Assembly (NCBI GenBank): GCA_002269645.1
Contig: NIVC01001965.1
Location: 280,254-344,253, forward strand
Reading direction: 5' to 3'
DNA length: 64,000 nucleotides
From: Macrostomum lignano
Taxonomy: Eukaryota
Made by a program: the position numbers and the translations under genes. Positions 25,014 through 36,400 of the stretch are shown piece after piece. The first letter of the stretch is position 1. Each line of letters begins with the position of its first letter. Below the pieces are notes generated by a model. The model worked only from the letters and a program-made list of their open reading frames with translations, had not been told where the DNA came from and did not search any database.

Positions 25014-25790
25014 CGTGAGACAGAGATTGAGAGTGAGACTGTGGGTGACAGTGAGACAGTGGGTGAGAGTGAGACATTGGGTGAGAGTGAGACAGTGGGT
25101 GAGAGTGAGACAGTGGGTGAGAGTGAGACAGTGGGTGAGAGTGAGACAGAGATTGAGAGTGAGACAGAGATTGAGAGTGAGACAGAGATTGAAAATGAGA
25201 CAGGGATTGAGAGTGAGACAGAGATTGAGAGTGAAACAGAGATTGAGAGTGAGACAGAGATTGAGAGTGAGACAGAGATTGAAAATGAGACAGGGATTGA
25301 GAGTGAGACAGAGATTGAGAGTGAGACAGAGATTGAGAGTGAGACAGAGATTGAGAGTGAGACAGAGATTGAGAGTGAGACAGAGATTGAGAGTGAGACA
25401 GAGATTGAGAGTGAGACAGAGATTGAGAGTGAGACAGTGGGTGAGAGTGAGACAGAGATTGAGAGTGAGACAGATATTGAGAGTGAGACAGATATTGAGA
25501 GTGAGACAGAGATTGAGAGTGAGACAGAGATTGAGAGTGAGACAGTGAGTGAGAGTGAGACAGTGAGTGAGAGTGAGACAGAGATTGAGAGTGAGACAGA
25601 GATTGAGAGTGAGACAGAGATTGAGAGTGAGACAGAGATTGAGATTGAGACAGAGATTGAGAGTGAGACAGAGATTGAGAGTGAGTCAGAGATTGAGAGT
25701 GAGGCAGAGATTGAGAGTGAGGCAGAGATTGAGAGTGAGGCAGAGATTGAGAGTGAGACAGAGAGTGAGGCAGAGACAGAGACAGAAAGT
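25014..25790. repeat. 18-bp minisatellite (GAGAGTGAGACAGAGATT)
   Basis: Direct inspection. Confidence 0.97.
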
Positions 25791-26599
25791 CAGGGTTGCA
25801 GTACAGCCTGTGTGCATGAGTGCAGTGCTTGCGTACAGTATTGGTGCGCTTGAAAGTGCTCAGGAGTCAGTGGAACGGGCAGAACTGCCTCAGAGCTGGT
25901 TGTGGGACCGATGTCAACGAAGGCCACCTGTGAATAGTTATCTTCCATCAATTATATCATTCTCTTATGACAAGAAACAGAACGCTGCACTTTTATCGTT
26001 GGCAACAAGGACATTTTCTTTTTATAGCCAGCAAGGAAAGGCCCTCATCAAAATCTTTCTCATCTGCAGCTCCGCCCTCTGGTTGACCGGATTTCGGCTA
26101 AGAATCGTTGCTGGGCAAAGCAGTCTCTCGAAGAAGGCTGATATGGCGGATAAAACCAGCGGATGAAAAGAAGTTAAGTGGGGCTCTGGACTCGCTTCGG
26201 CCTCTCAAATGTATCTATATATTTTTTCCTTGTTGCCCCACCCCACCGAGCGCGCGCGCTCTTCCGGCCGAGGAAATCGAGAGAAGCCGCCCGCTGGCTT
26301 CATCAGAGTCCCCTTCTGCTGCTCTGCGGAGCTCTCTCTGCTTCTGTTTGAGGACTCTCTCCCCCCTCTCTCTCACTCTCTGTCTCCAGGCTATTCAACT
26401 GCCTGAGCCCAATTTGCCTTATGCAATTCTGCTCAGGATTTCGGTGTTTGCGTGTACCCTATTGCGAACGATACCTGCCTGCGGGAGATACACGCAGACG
26501 GGAAAGCAGCTTCCCTGGATTTAAGCGCTTAGAAAAATTCTCCCCGATTTACACCGAGAGCATTTGATGGACTGACAGGAAGTAAATCAAGGTCACGTG

Positions 26600-27326
26600 T
26601 GTGAGAGTGAGACAGAGGGGGAGAGTGAGACATTGGGTGAGAGTGAGACAGAGGGTGAGAGTGAGACATTGGGTGAGAGTGAGACAGTGAGTGAGAGTGA
26701 GATAGTGGGTGAGAGTAAGACAGAGGGGAGAGTGAGACATTGGGTGAGAGTGAGCCAGTGGGTGAGAGTGAGCCAGTGGGTGAGAGTGAGCCAGTGGGTG
26801 AGAGTGAGACAGAGGGTGAGAGTGAGACATTGGGTGAGAGTGAGCCAGTGGGTGAGAGTGAGACAGAGATTGAGAGTGAGACATTGGGTGAGAGTGAGAC
26901 ATTGGGTGAGAGTGAGACATTGGGTGAGAGTGAGACAGAGGGTGAGAGTGAGACATTGGGTGAGAGTGAGACACTGGGTGAGAGTGATACATTGGGTGAG
27001 AGTGAGCCAGTGGGTGAGAGTGAGCCAGTGGGTGAGAGTGAGACATTGGGTGAGAGTGAGACAGAGGGTGAGAGTGATACATTGGGTGAGAGTGAGCCAG
27101 TGGGTGAGAGTGAGACAGAGGGTGAGAGTGAGACATTGGGTGAGAGTGAGCCAGTGGGTGAGAGTGAGACAGAGGGTGAGAGTGAGACATTGGGTGAGAG
27201 TGAGCCAGTGGGTGAGAGTGAGACATTGGGTGAGAGTGAGACAGAGGGTGAGAGTGAGACATTGGGTGAGAGTGAGACATTGGGTGAGAGTGAGACAGAG
27301 GGTGAGAGTGAGCCAGTGGGTGAGAA
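26600..27326. repeat. 18-bp minisatellite (GAGAGTGAGACATTGGGT), related to 25014-25790
   Basis: Shares the GAGAGTGAGACA core. Confidence 0.97.
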
Positions 27327-28029
27327 CCAAAGCCAAATTGCCAGCTCATTCTCTGAGGCTTGGATTCTCTCCGACTCGAGCCGGGACGTCCGTGCGTGAG
27401 GGCGCATACGAGGGGGCTGCGTTGTTGTCCGCTCGTCCCCCTCAGCCTCCCAGGGCACCTACTTAAACCTGGCCTCATCGCTACTCAGTCAGCTGCTGCC
27501 CCCGCACTCCGCACCTCACTCCTGCCACGTTTTGGTTTGGTTGGCTGGGCGGCGTGGGGGCGGCGGCGAGATGAGTTCATCTCAGGTCAAGCTTTGCCGC
27601 GCCTTCTCTTATTCAGCCCTGGATGAGCAGCTGGGGCTGGCCTGGATCGGGAGGGGGCGGTTCTGCCTGGGGTTTGAGCTTCTGTCCCTCAATCACTTTC
27701 CCAATCCTCCCAAGCAGTCGCAGTTGAGATGAGCTCACTTTTCTTACTTTTAAAGAGCTGCCATTAAAGCCCCTTTCTCCTTCTCGCCTTAAATTTGCTT
27801 TTGCACGCCTCCGCGATACCGCCCGCCTCACACGGATGCTCTCTAATTACTCTTGCTTTATGAGGCTTCGGTTCTTCAAGATCTCTTAGATGTCCCAGGC
27901 AGTGCTGCATACATTTTGAAAACAGCCATGAGTGGCAAATTGCAGTAGTATACAGTTTTTGATAATTTTTTACAATTTTAGCAATGTCCGCGCACCATAG
28001 CTACAATGATGCGAAGGAAGAAAATGACT

Positions 28030-28630
28030 AAAAATAGTGATCAACAATGACTTATAATAGTGATCAACAATGACTGAAAATAGTGATCAACAATGACTGA
28101 AAATAGTGATTAACAATGACTGAAAATAGTGATCAACAATGACTGAAAATAGTGATCAACAATGACTGAAAATAGTGATCAACAATGACTGAAAATAGTG
28201 ATCAACAATGACCGAAGATACGAGTTGGTGATCAACAATGACCGAAGATACGAGTTGGTGATCAACAATGACCGAAAATACGAGTTGGTGATCAACAATG
28301 ACCGAAGATACGAGTTGGTGATCAACAATGACCGAAAATACGAGTTGGTGATCAACAATGACCGAAGATACGAGTTGGTGATCAACAATGACCGAAAATA
28401 CGAGTTGGTGATCAACAATGACCGAAGATACGAGTTGGTGATCAACAATGACCGAAAATACGAGTTGGTGATCAACAATGACCGAAGATACGAGTTGGTG
28501 ATCAACAATGACCGAAGATACAATGACCGAAGATACGAGTTGGTGATCAACAATGACCGAAGATATGAGTTGGTGATCAACAATGACCGAATCAACAATA
28601 CGAAAATAGCGATCAACAATGACCGAAATG
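28030..28630. repeat. Compound 23-bp/30-bp minisatellite (GTGATCAACAATGAC core)
   Basis: 23-bp units switch to 30-bp units at about 28200. Confidence 0.96.
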
Positions 28631-29222
28631 AATGGCACTAACTGAAAAGTACAGAGCAATTTTCAATTTGGCAATCATGCCGCCTGCAATGCATGACTGT
28701 CGAGAAGCCGCTGCCACAATGCGAAGAAAAAGAATTCTTAATTGAACTCTTTGAATCTGGAATATAATCAGATGGCCGGGTAGTCAGGCCGGCCTCCCAC
28801 GCTGAAGTCAAGAATCTTGTCCTTTGTCTTCGCTAATGGACCCAACTGTATCGTTGCATTAGGAAAATTTCATTTTTTTCGCCTCCGCCCACAAAGTCTT
28901 GGATAAAAGCCAAGTCTGCTGACTCTCCACTTCCTTCTTTTATTCCTCCATCTTTGTTGCGACCCAACCCCGTGGCGTCAACGTTTGCAATTGCGCAGCG
29001 CAGGGCGACTTTCTTGTCAATTGGGAATCGGGCCGGCTATAGAGCTGGCCGGCTTTTATCCGCCCCCTGCTATTCCCCTCACCCCTCCCCGACCCACCGA
29101 ATTCAGCACTCCCTACACCCTCCATCACAGCCGTCCCTTCTTCCCCAACCACCAATCCATCCCCAGCGTCCCCTCCCGGCCGCCCCTCCCCCCAACCCGA
29201 GTGCCTCGCCAGCACCCCCACC

Positions 29223-30653
29223 ATGAACTATTTTAGCGGCACCGGGGGCGCTCCGCCGCTGCCCCAGCTGTTCTGTTATCCCGCTGCCTCCGCCCACGCA
29301 TCCACCACCGCAGCCTGTCTGATGGCCACCGACAATTCCAGCGACTTGCAAAACCGGCCGCCACGCCAGCTGGAGACGGCCCTCGGCGCATCTGGCGTCG
29401 CCGTCATTCTCCTGGCCGGCGCCGCCGCCAACGCCGTCGCCCTGGCGCTGACCCTCCGCCGCGGCGCCCAGTCGAAGTTGCACTCGATTTTTGTTGGCAA
29501 CCTGGCGCTGGCCGACCTGCTGGTCACGCTGCTCACCCCGGCCGCCTGGTATTTCTACGTCTGGCCGCCGGCCGCCGGCCACTCTCGGGCGGCCCGCTGG
29601 ACCGAGGCCGCCGTGCAGGCCGCCCAGTCAGCCTCCGTCTGCGCCGTAGTGGCCGTGACAATCGACAGAACCTGCCTGGTGTTCCGGCCGATCAAGTACC
29701 GCCTGAGCCATCGCCGGCTCACCCCGATGCTGCTGGCCGGCCTCGCCTGGGTGCTGTGCACCGCCGGCCAGGCGCCCAGACTCGGCCTGGGCCCGGACGG
29801 CCGTCGCCTCTTCCAGCGGCTGCACATTGTCGCCGAATTCGCCGCCGCCCTGTGCGCCTTGGCCGTCTGCAACTTCACCATCTGCCGGCAGATTGAACGG
29901 AGCAGGAAGCTCAAGTTCCTGCGCAGGCACTCGGGCTACTCAACCGACTGCGGCGGCGGCGGCGGCGGCGGCGGCGGCTCCACCAGGCAGCTGCTAACCA
30001 CAGGAAAGCCGTGCGGCCCCGCCGCCAGGAAGTGCTCCGTCCCCGTCAATGTCGGACAGACAGCCGCCGCCGCTGCCGCCTCCGCCGGCGCCGCCAAACT
30101 CCTGGAGAGGCCGCAGCGGAGGAACACCCTCTGCGATTTGGGCGTTGTTGGCTGCACCGGAGGCGCCGGCCCGGTCGGCGGAACCGCGACTCCTTTGCAC
30201 CGCGGCGACACCCGCCTGAGCCTGCAGTCCATGCAGCGACTGTCTCTGGACGCCAATTCGCGTCGCTACGCTCGCCAGCGCGACTCCGAGGAGGTGATCA
30301 ACGAGATCCTGGCCAAGCAGCACCGCCGGGCGCTGCGGACCCTCGTCCTGCTGGTGCTGCTCTTCGTCGTCTGCCGGGCGCCGCGGGCGGCGCTTTCCGG
30401 CGCCGAGTGGCTCGGTCTGCTGCCAGCGGGGCTGTTCAGGCCCTGCAGCTTCTACCTGGAGCTGCTGGTGCACCTCAATAGCGTCCTGGACCCATTCGCC
30501 TACGTGTTCTGCGGCAACCGGCTGTGCCATCGGCGAACTCGGGCCGGATTTGAAGCGGCCGGAGGTCGCCTGCGAGCCTGCTGCTGCCGCTGCTGCCGCG
30601 GTGGCTGCGTCGGCGGGGACGAGGCCGATGCAGGATCGCGGTTCGACTTCTGA
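29223..30653 (+). CDS. Orphan rhodopsin-like (class A) GPCR, single coding exon, 476 aa
   Basis: Seven hydrophobic segments. TM2 NLALADLL, TM3 TIDRT, TM4 W, TM6 FVVCRAP, TM7 LNSVLDPFAY, then a Cys-rich tail (CCCRCC). Long Gly/Ala-rich third intracellular loop and GC3-rich codons. Confidence 0.9.
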   Translation: MNYFSGTGGAPPLPQLFCYPAASAHASTTAACLMATDNSSDLQNRPPRQLETALGASGVAVILLAGAAANAVALALTLRRGAQSKLHSIFVGNLALADLLVTLLTPAAWYFYVWPPAAGHSRAARWTEAAVQAAQSASVCAVVAVTIDRTCLVFRPIKYRLSHRRLTPMLLAGLAWVLCTAGQAPRLGLGPDGRRLFQRLHIVAEFAAALCALAVCNFTICRQIERSRKLKFLRRHSGYSTDCGGGGGGGGGSTRQLLTTGKPCGPAARKCSVPVNVGQTAAAAAASAGAAKLLERPQRRNTLCDLGVVGCTGGAGPVGGTATPLHRGDTRLSLQSMQRLSLDANSRRYARQRDSEEVINEILAKQHRRALRTLVLLVLLFVVCRAPRAALSGAEWLGLLPAGLFRPCSFYLELLVHLNSVLDPFAYVFCGNRLCHRRTRAGFEAAGGRLRACCCRCCRGGCVGGDEADAGSRFDF

Positions 30654-30859
30654 TGCTGAAACTCGACCTCGTCGCCGTGCAAAATGCTTTGTTTTTCCTC
30701 GCTGATGAGTGGGGAGATAAATAACAGTGACTATTGTTTAGTGGAGGCCTGGCGCGAGCTGCCAGTCCGGACCGTTGTACACTCCCCATCCCTTTCAATG
30801 TGTTTTCTTAATGAGTTTTGTACACATCTATTCTGCGAGTACTTACTGTTGTCCTTTTA

Positions 30860-30886
30860 GTAGTTCTGTCTGTGTGTTTGTCTGTG

Positions 30887-30933
<47 letters not shown>

Positions 30934-30934
30934 G

Positions 30935-30973
<39 letters not shown>

Positions 30974-30994
30974 GTGTCTGTCTGTCTGTCTGTG

Positions 30995-31037
<43 letters not shown>

Positions 31038-31058
31038 GTGTCTGTCTGTATGTCTGTG

Positions 31059-31139
<81 letters not shown>

Positions 31140-31150
31140 GCCTGTCTGTT
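30860..31150. repeat. (TCTG)n microsatellite
   Basis: Direct inspection. Confidence 0.97.
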
Positions 31151-31529
31151 GTTAAAATACTGAGCCAGCGGGCCAGAATAGGCCAGCTATTAGGGCTGTT
31201 TCTATTGTTTATTTTGTGTCGCTTTTTAAAATCTAAATAGCCGTAGATCGGCCTCCGCTTGGATATACTGCTTAGCAATCAAAGGGAACAGTCTATCTAT
31301 CAGATTTTGCCATAGACAAAAGCTATTTCTATTTTAGCAGTTTTCGCCCCGACAATGTCAAGCCTAAGCGCCATTTAATTTGTAATAATTTGTGTAATAC
31401 TTCTTCTAAAATATATCATCGTCCTATCTGTAAGTATTGCACCTTAATAAATGTACTTTTTCACTGAAGATACTAGAACTACATGTACATACTCTTTTGC
31501 GGTCTTCCTACCTGCTAATTTATTGGTAG

Positions 31530-32430
31530 GAGCTGAGGTGCTAATATGGTAACTAAGTGCTAATGGGGTAACCAGCTGAGGTGCTAATGGGGTAACCAGC
31601 TGAGGTGCTAATGGGGTAACCAGCTGAAGCGCTAATGGGGTAACCAGCTGAAGTGCTAATGGGGTAACCAGCTGAGGTGCTAATGGGGTAACCAGCTGAG
31701 GTGCTAATGGGGTAACCAGCTGAGGTGCTAATGGGGTAACCAGCTGAGGTGCTAATGGGGTAACCAGCTGAGGTGCTAATGGGGTAACCAGCTGAGATGC
31801 TAATGGGTTAACCAGCTGAGGTGCTATTGGGGCAAACAGATGAGATGCTAATGGGGTGACCAGATGAAGTGCCAATGGGGTAACCAGCTGAAGCGCTAAT
31901 GGGGTGACCAGCTGAAGCGCTAATGGGGTAACGAGCTGAAGCGCTAATGGGGTAACCAGCTGAAGCGCTAATGGGGTAACCAGCTGAGGTGCTAATGGGG
32001 TAACCAGCTGAAGCGCTAATGGGGTAACCAGCTGAAGTGCTAATGGGGTAACCAGCTGAGGTGCTAATGGGGTAACCAGCTGAGGTGCTAATGGGGTAAC
32101 CAGCTGAGGTGCTAATGGGGTAACCAGCTGAGATGCGATTGGAGTAACCAGCTGAGGTGCTAATGGGGTAACCAGCTGAGGTGCTAATGGGGTAACCAGC
32201 TGAGGTGCTAATGGGGTAACCAGCTGAAGTGCTAATGGGGTAACCAGCTGAGGTGCTAATGGGGTAACCAGCTGAGGTGCTAATGGGGTAAGCAGCTGAG
32301 GTGCTATTGGGGCAAACAGATGAGATGCTATTGGGGTGACCAGCTGAAGTGCTAATGGGGTAACCAGCTGAGGTGCTAATGGGGTAACCAGCTGAGGTGC
32401 TATTGGGGTAACCAGCTGAGGTGCTAATGG
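31530..32430. repeat. 24-bp minisatellite (GCTAATGGGGTAACCAGCTGAGGT)
   Basis: Direct inspection. Confidence 0.97.
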
Positions 32431-32949
32431 AGCGTTCAAGTTGACCAAATTTAAGACACCTTAGAGCGAATGTTTATCGGATGTTACCAAAACGTTAACT
32501 CTTTACTCTATATTAGTATTTTCTCTTTTCAAGGCCCAGAAAATTCTTGCTGAAAGAAACAATATCGACGATTGCTTTGAGAGCGGAAGGCTGCCTCGCC
32601 CACTCACTAACTACTCGTATATATTGACCCAACCAGCTCTGGCGGCACGTGTAGCACTTAGCAAGGATTAACTACTCAAGAATGAATTATCGCGCACTGT
32701 ATTATCCAGATTGCCTTATCTTACGCTTTTGATTTTAGTCAAATTTTGCTAAACTCTTTTTTAACCTTCTTAGCGCTGATTTCAATCAAGGATAGCGCTT
32801 ACATTTAGTAATTGGTTAGAGATCTAGTATATTTAGATTTGCTGGATCCTACTTAGTGCTGCCCTCTTAAATTGTATAGCTGCTGACAAAGTAAGCAAAC
32901 TATGAAACAGGTTGTCCTGGAAGGTAAAGAGGGAATTCTTGAGGGTAAA

Positions 32950-33195
32950 GGGGAATCTCAGAATGTGATGGGGAATCTCAGAATGTGATGGGGAATCTCA
33001 GAATGTGATGGGGAATCTCAGAATGTGATGGGGAATCTCAGAATGTGATAGGGAATTCCAGAATGTGATTGGGAATCCCAGAATGTGATGGGAAATCCTA
33101 GAATGTCATAGGAAATCCCAGAATGTGATAGGGAATCCTAGAATGTGATAGGGAATCCCAGAATGTGATAGGGAATTTCAGAATGTGATAAGGTC
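32950..33195. repeat. 20-bp minisatellite (GGGAATCTCAGAATGTGATG)
   Basis: Direct inspection. Confidence 0.93.
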
Positions 33196-33744
33196 CCATA
33201 AAGAAGCCTTATTTGATTAGATTATAAGACTCGAAGGCTCCCAGAAGTAACTAGGCAATTATGATGTCGCCATTCTATATATAGTGATGTAGAATTCTGC
33301 ATTTGCAGTTTTCACTGTCAACCAGCAGTTCGGGATAGAAATGTAGTTTTCCTAGAATGCAAATTTTGCAGAATCTGGTCGGCTGGCCCCTAGGCTAGCG
33401 AAGACAACCCAGAGCTGTGTGCACTTTTGCATAGCTGAAATTCCCCACGATGCTGCCCTGCGATGCGCAACATCTGCAGGGGCGGGGGATGGGGTTGGGC
33501 ATTCGGATCCAATATTCGACCAAAGTCGAAGTCAAATTGGTGGAATTGGCTATGACAGCAATCAACCCAGCCAAAGACACATGGGATTTCTCCCCCCCTC
33601 GGAAACAATTGCCCTGCGGCAGCCAGATAAGGATCCTACACGATAGGTGAAGATTAAGTACTTGTAGTAGGCTGCGACCTACTTTTGGATCCTCAGGGTT
33701 TTGACGGAAGCCTGGAGCCATTGGAGATTTTAGAGGATCACTGA

Positions 33745-34240
33745 AGAGCATGAGCGACCACTGAGGATCATGACAGACCACTGAGGATCATGACAGACCA
33801 CTGAGGATCATGACAGACCACTGAGGATCATGACAGACCACTGAGGATCATGACAGACCACTGAGGATCATGACAGACCACTGAGGATCATGACAGACCA
33901 CTGAGGATCATGACAGACCACTGAGGATCATGACAGACCACTAAGGATCATGACAGACCACTGAGGATCATGACAGACCACTGAGGATCATGACAGACCA
34001 CTGAGGATCATGACAGACCACTGAGGATCATGACAGACCACTGAGGATCATGACAGACCACTGAGGATCATGACAGACCACTGAGGATCATGACAGACCA
34101 CTGAGGATCATGACAGACCACTGAGGATCATGACAGACCACTGAGGATCATGACACACCACTAAGGATCATGACAGACCACTGAGGATCATGGCAGACCA
34201 CTGAGGATCATGACAGACCACTGAGGATCATGATCTACCA
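33745..34240. repeat. 20-bp minisatellite (CTGAGGATCATGACAGACCA)
   Basis: Near-perfect core followed by a degenerate flank to about 34450. Confidence 0.97.
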
Positions 34241-34622
34241 CTCTGGATCATAAACGAATCATGAATACCATACTACAAGGGACCACGAAATATCAAGAAG
34301 AACCCGTGATGATAAATGAAGGACCACTAATGGTCATGAGGCACCCGATGAAGAGCATGAGGTAGCCATGCCCTAGAGACCATCAGGCACAGGTAACTGC
34401 AGATCATGAAAGACCAATGAAGATTCTGAAATTGCCACTGAATCCAGCGAAGATCCTTTCCTTCAGGTAAAACAAGCCCACAGACTCAATAACATAATCC
34501 CAGCGAAATAAACAAGCCAACGAGTAGTAGTATGCGTCATAAGTAGTAGCTTTATTTTAACCGATCAGTGTTGAATTTCGCCAACTGGGAGCCATCCCTA
34601 TCAGGTCAGCTCAACTGTCCAG

Positions 34623-34946
34623 TCAGTCCATGTTGGAGCTCCCTGGCGGGGCTGCCACCAGTTTGTACCGCAGCTCCTCCGTGCAGGCAGTCAACTCGGC
34701 CAGCAGGCTCAGGTAGGCCGCTCGGACAGTCCGGAACTCGGCCACCAGTTGGCCGAAGCGGGCGGCTTTGCACTCGGCCGCTGCCGCCGGCTGCTCGAAG
34801 GACTTCCTCGGCCGCTGGTACCGATGCCCGCCGTTGCTGTTGCCGCTCGGCGAGGACACGATGAAGCCATCGGCCCGGCTGTCCGTCAGCAGGCAGGCGG
34901 CCACGCAGCAGCTGACCGCTAGGAGAAGTTGGCAAGCCTTCGACAT
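34623..34946 (-). CDS. Small secreted protein, neuropeptide-precursor-like, 107 aa
   Basis: Signal-peptide-like MSKACQLLLAVSCCVAACLLTDSRA, basic cluster RYQRPRK, then a helical tail with two Cys. An 80-nt 5'UTR intron (34956-35035, GTAAGT...TTTTCAG on minus) ends 9 nt before the ATG. Minus-strand AATAAA at 34551-34556. Confidence 0.75.
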   Translation of the reverse strand: MSKACQLLLAVSCCVAACLLTDSRADGFIVSSPSGNSNGGHRYQRPRKSFEQPAAAAECKAARFGQLVAEFRTVRAAYLSLLAELTACTEELRYKLVAAPPGSSNMD

Positions 34947-35447
34947 TGGCGACTACTGAAAAGCATAAATCCAAGAATTATTGTGCAACTTGACAGACAG
35001 CAGAATAAAAAGTTAATATCGTTTCCTTTACTTACCCGAGTATTGCTTGAGTTCTGAAATTCGTCTGTGCAACGGAAGGAGGAATGTGTGGCATCGATGA
35101 TTGCCCGGCTGTTCGATCTTTTATACTGGGACACCCTTAATTACCTTAGAGATGGCTTCCATTGATTTGCTTTCTCATTTTCTGCGTCTTTTTGCTGAAG
35201 AAATTTTTTTGGTAATCTGTGAAGCCTTGGAAATGCTGTTGCGTGCTAATTTATCTATAGAGCTCTTGTGTCTTCGTGTTCAAGCATCTGAGTCCGCTCT
35301 AATCCCTGGCTGGCTAATTACTTTTCCCAAATTGCTAATCAACAGGTGCTTAAATGGTTCATGATTGGAGCGATTTTGAAATATTTTGAAAGGATTCCTG
35401 AAGTCTGTGCGGAAAAAAAAACTGGAAAAATGTAGGTTGCAGTTGTT

Positions 35448-36400
35448 GGCTGGAGTGGCACAGGTGCTGGTTGGAGTGGCACAGGTGCTGTCTGGAGTGG
35501 CACAGGTGCTGTCTGGAGTGGCACAGGTGCTGTCTGGAGTGGCACAGGTGCTGTCTGGAGTGGCACAGGTGCTGTCTGGAGTGGCACAGGTGCTGTCTGG
35601 AGTGGCACAGGTGCTGTCTGGAGTGACACAGGTGCTGGCTGGAGTGGCACAGGTGCTGTCTGGAGTGACACAGGTGCTGTCTGGAGTGGCACAGGTGCTG
35701 TCTGGAGTGACACAGGTGCTGGAGTGACACAGGTGCTAGCTGGAGTGACACAGGTGCTGTCTGGAGTGACACAGGTGCTAGCTGGAGTGACACAGGTGCT
35801 AGCTGGAGTGACACAGGTGCTGTCTGGAGTGGCACAGGTGCTGGCTGGAGTGACACAGGTGCTAGCTGGAGTGACACAGGTGCTGGCTGGAGTGGCACAG
35901 GTGCTGTCTGGAGTGACACAGGTGCTGTCTGGAGTGACACAGGTGCTGGCTGGAGTGGCACAGGTGCTGTCTGGAGTGACACAGGTGCTGGCTGGAGTGG
36001 CACAGGTGCTGTCTGGAGTGACACAGGTGCTGGAGTGACACAGGTGCTAGCTGGAGTGACACAGGTGCTAGCTGGAGTGGCACAGGTGCTAGCTGGAGTG
36101 ACACAGGTGCTAGCTGGAGTGGCACAGGTGCTAGCTGGAGTGACACAGGTGCTAGCTGGAGTGACACAGGTGCTAGCTGGAGTGGCACAGGGGCTAGCTG
36201 GAGTGACACAGGTGCTAGCTGGAGTGACACAGGTGCTAGCTGGAGTGGCACAGGGGCTAGCTGGAGTGACACAGGGGCTAGCTGGAGTGACACAGGTGCT
36301 AGCTGGAGTGACACAGGTGCTAGCTGGAGTGACACAGGTGCTAGCTGGAGTGACACAGGTGCTAGCTGGAGTGACACAGGTGCTAGCTGGAGTGACTAGT
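35448..36400. repeat. 21-bp minisatellite (GCTGGAGTGACACAGGTGCTA)
   Basis: Direct inspection. Confidence 0.97.

Noticed and set aside
23519-27478. Long repeat ORFs (SALYYPLST, ESETEI, VRVRQ and similar)
   Set aside because: Open in several frames on both strands because the 14- and 18-bp units lack stops. There is no unique coding sequence or codon bias.
33390-33781. Short overlapping ORFs between the GPCR and the peptide gene
   Set aside because: No recognisable motifs and no phase-consistent exon partners were found.
29223-34946. GPCR and peptide gene as a ligand-receptor pair
   Set aside because: Proximity alone is not evidence, since animal ligand and receptor genes are rarely linked. 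Kept only as a testable idea.
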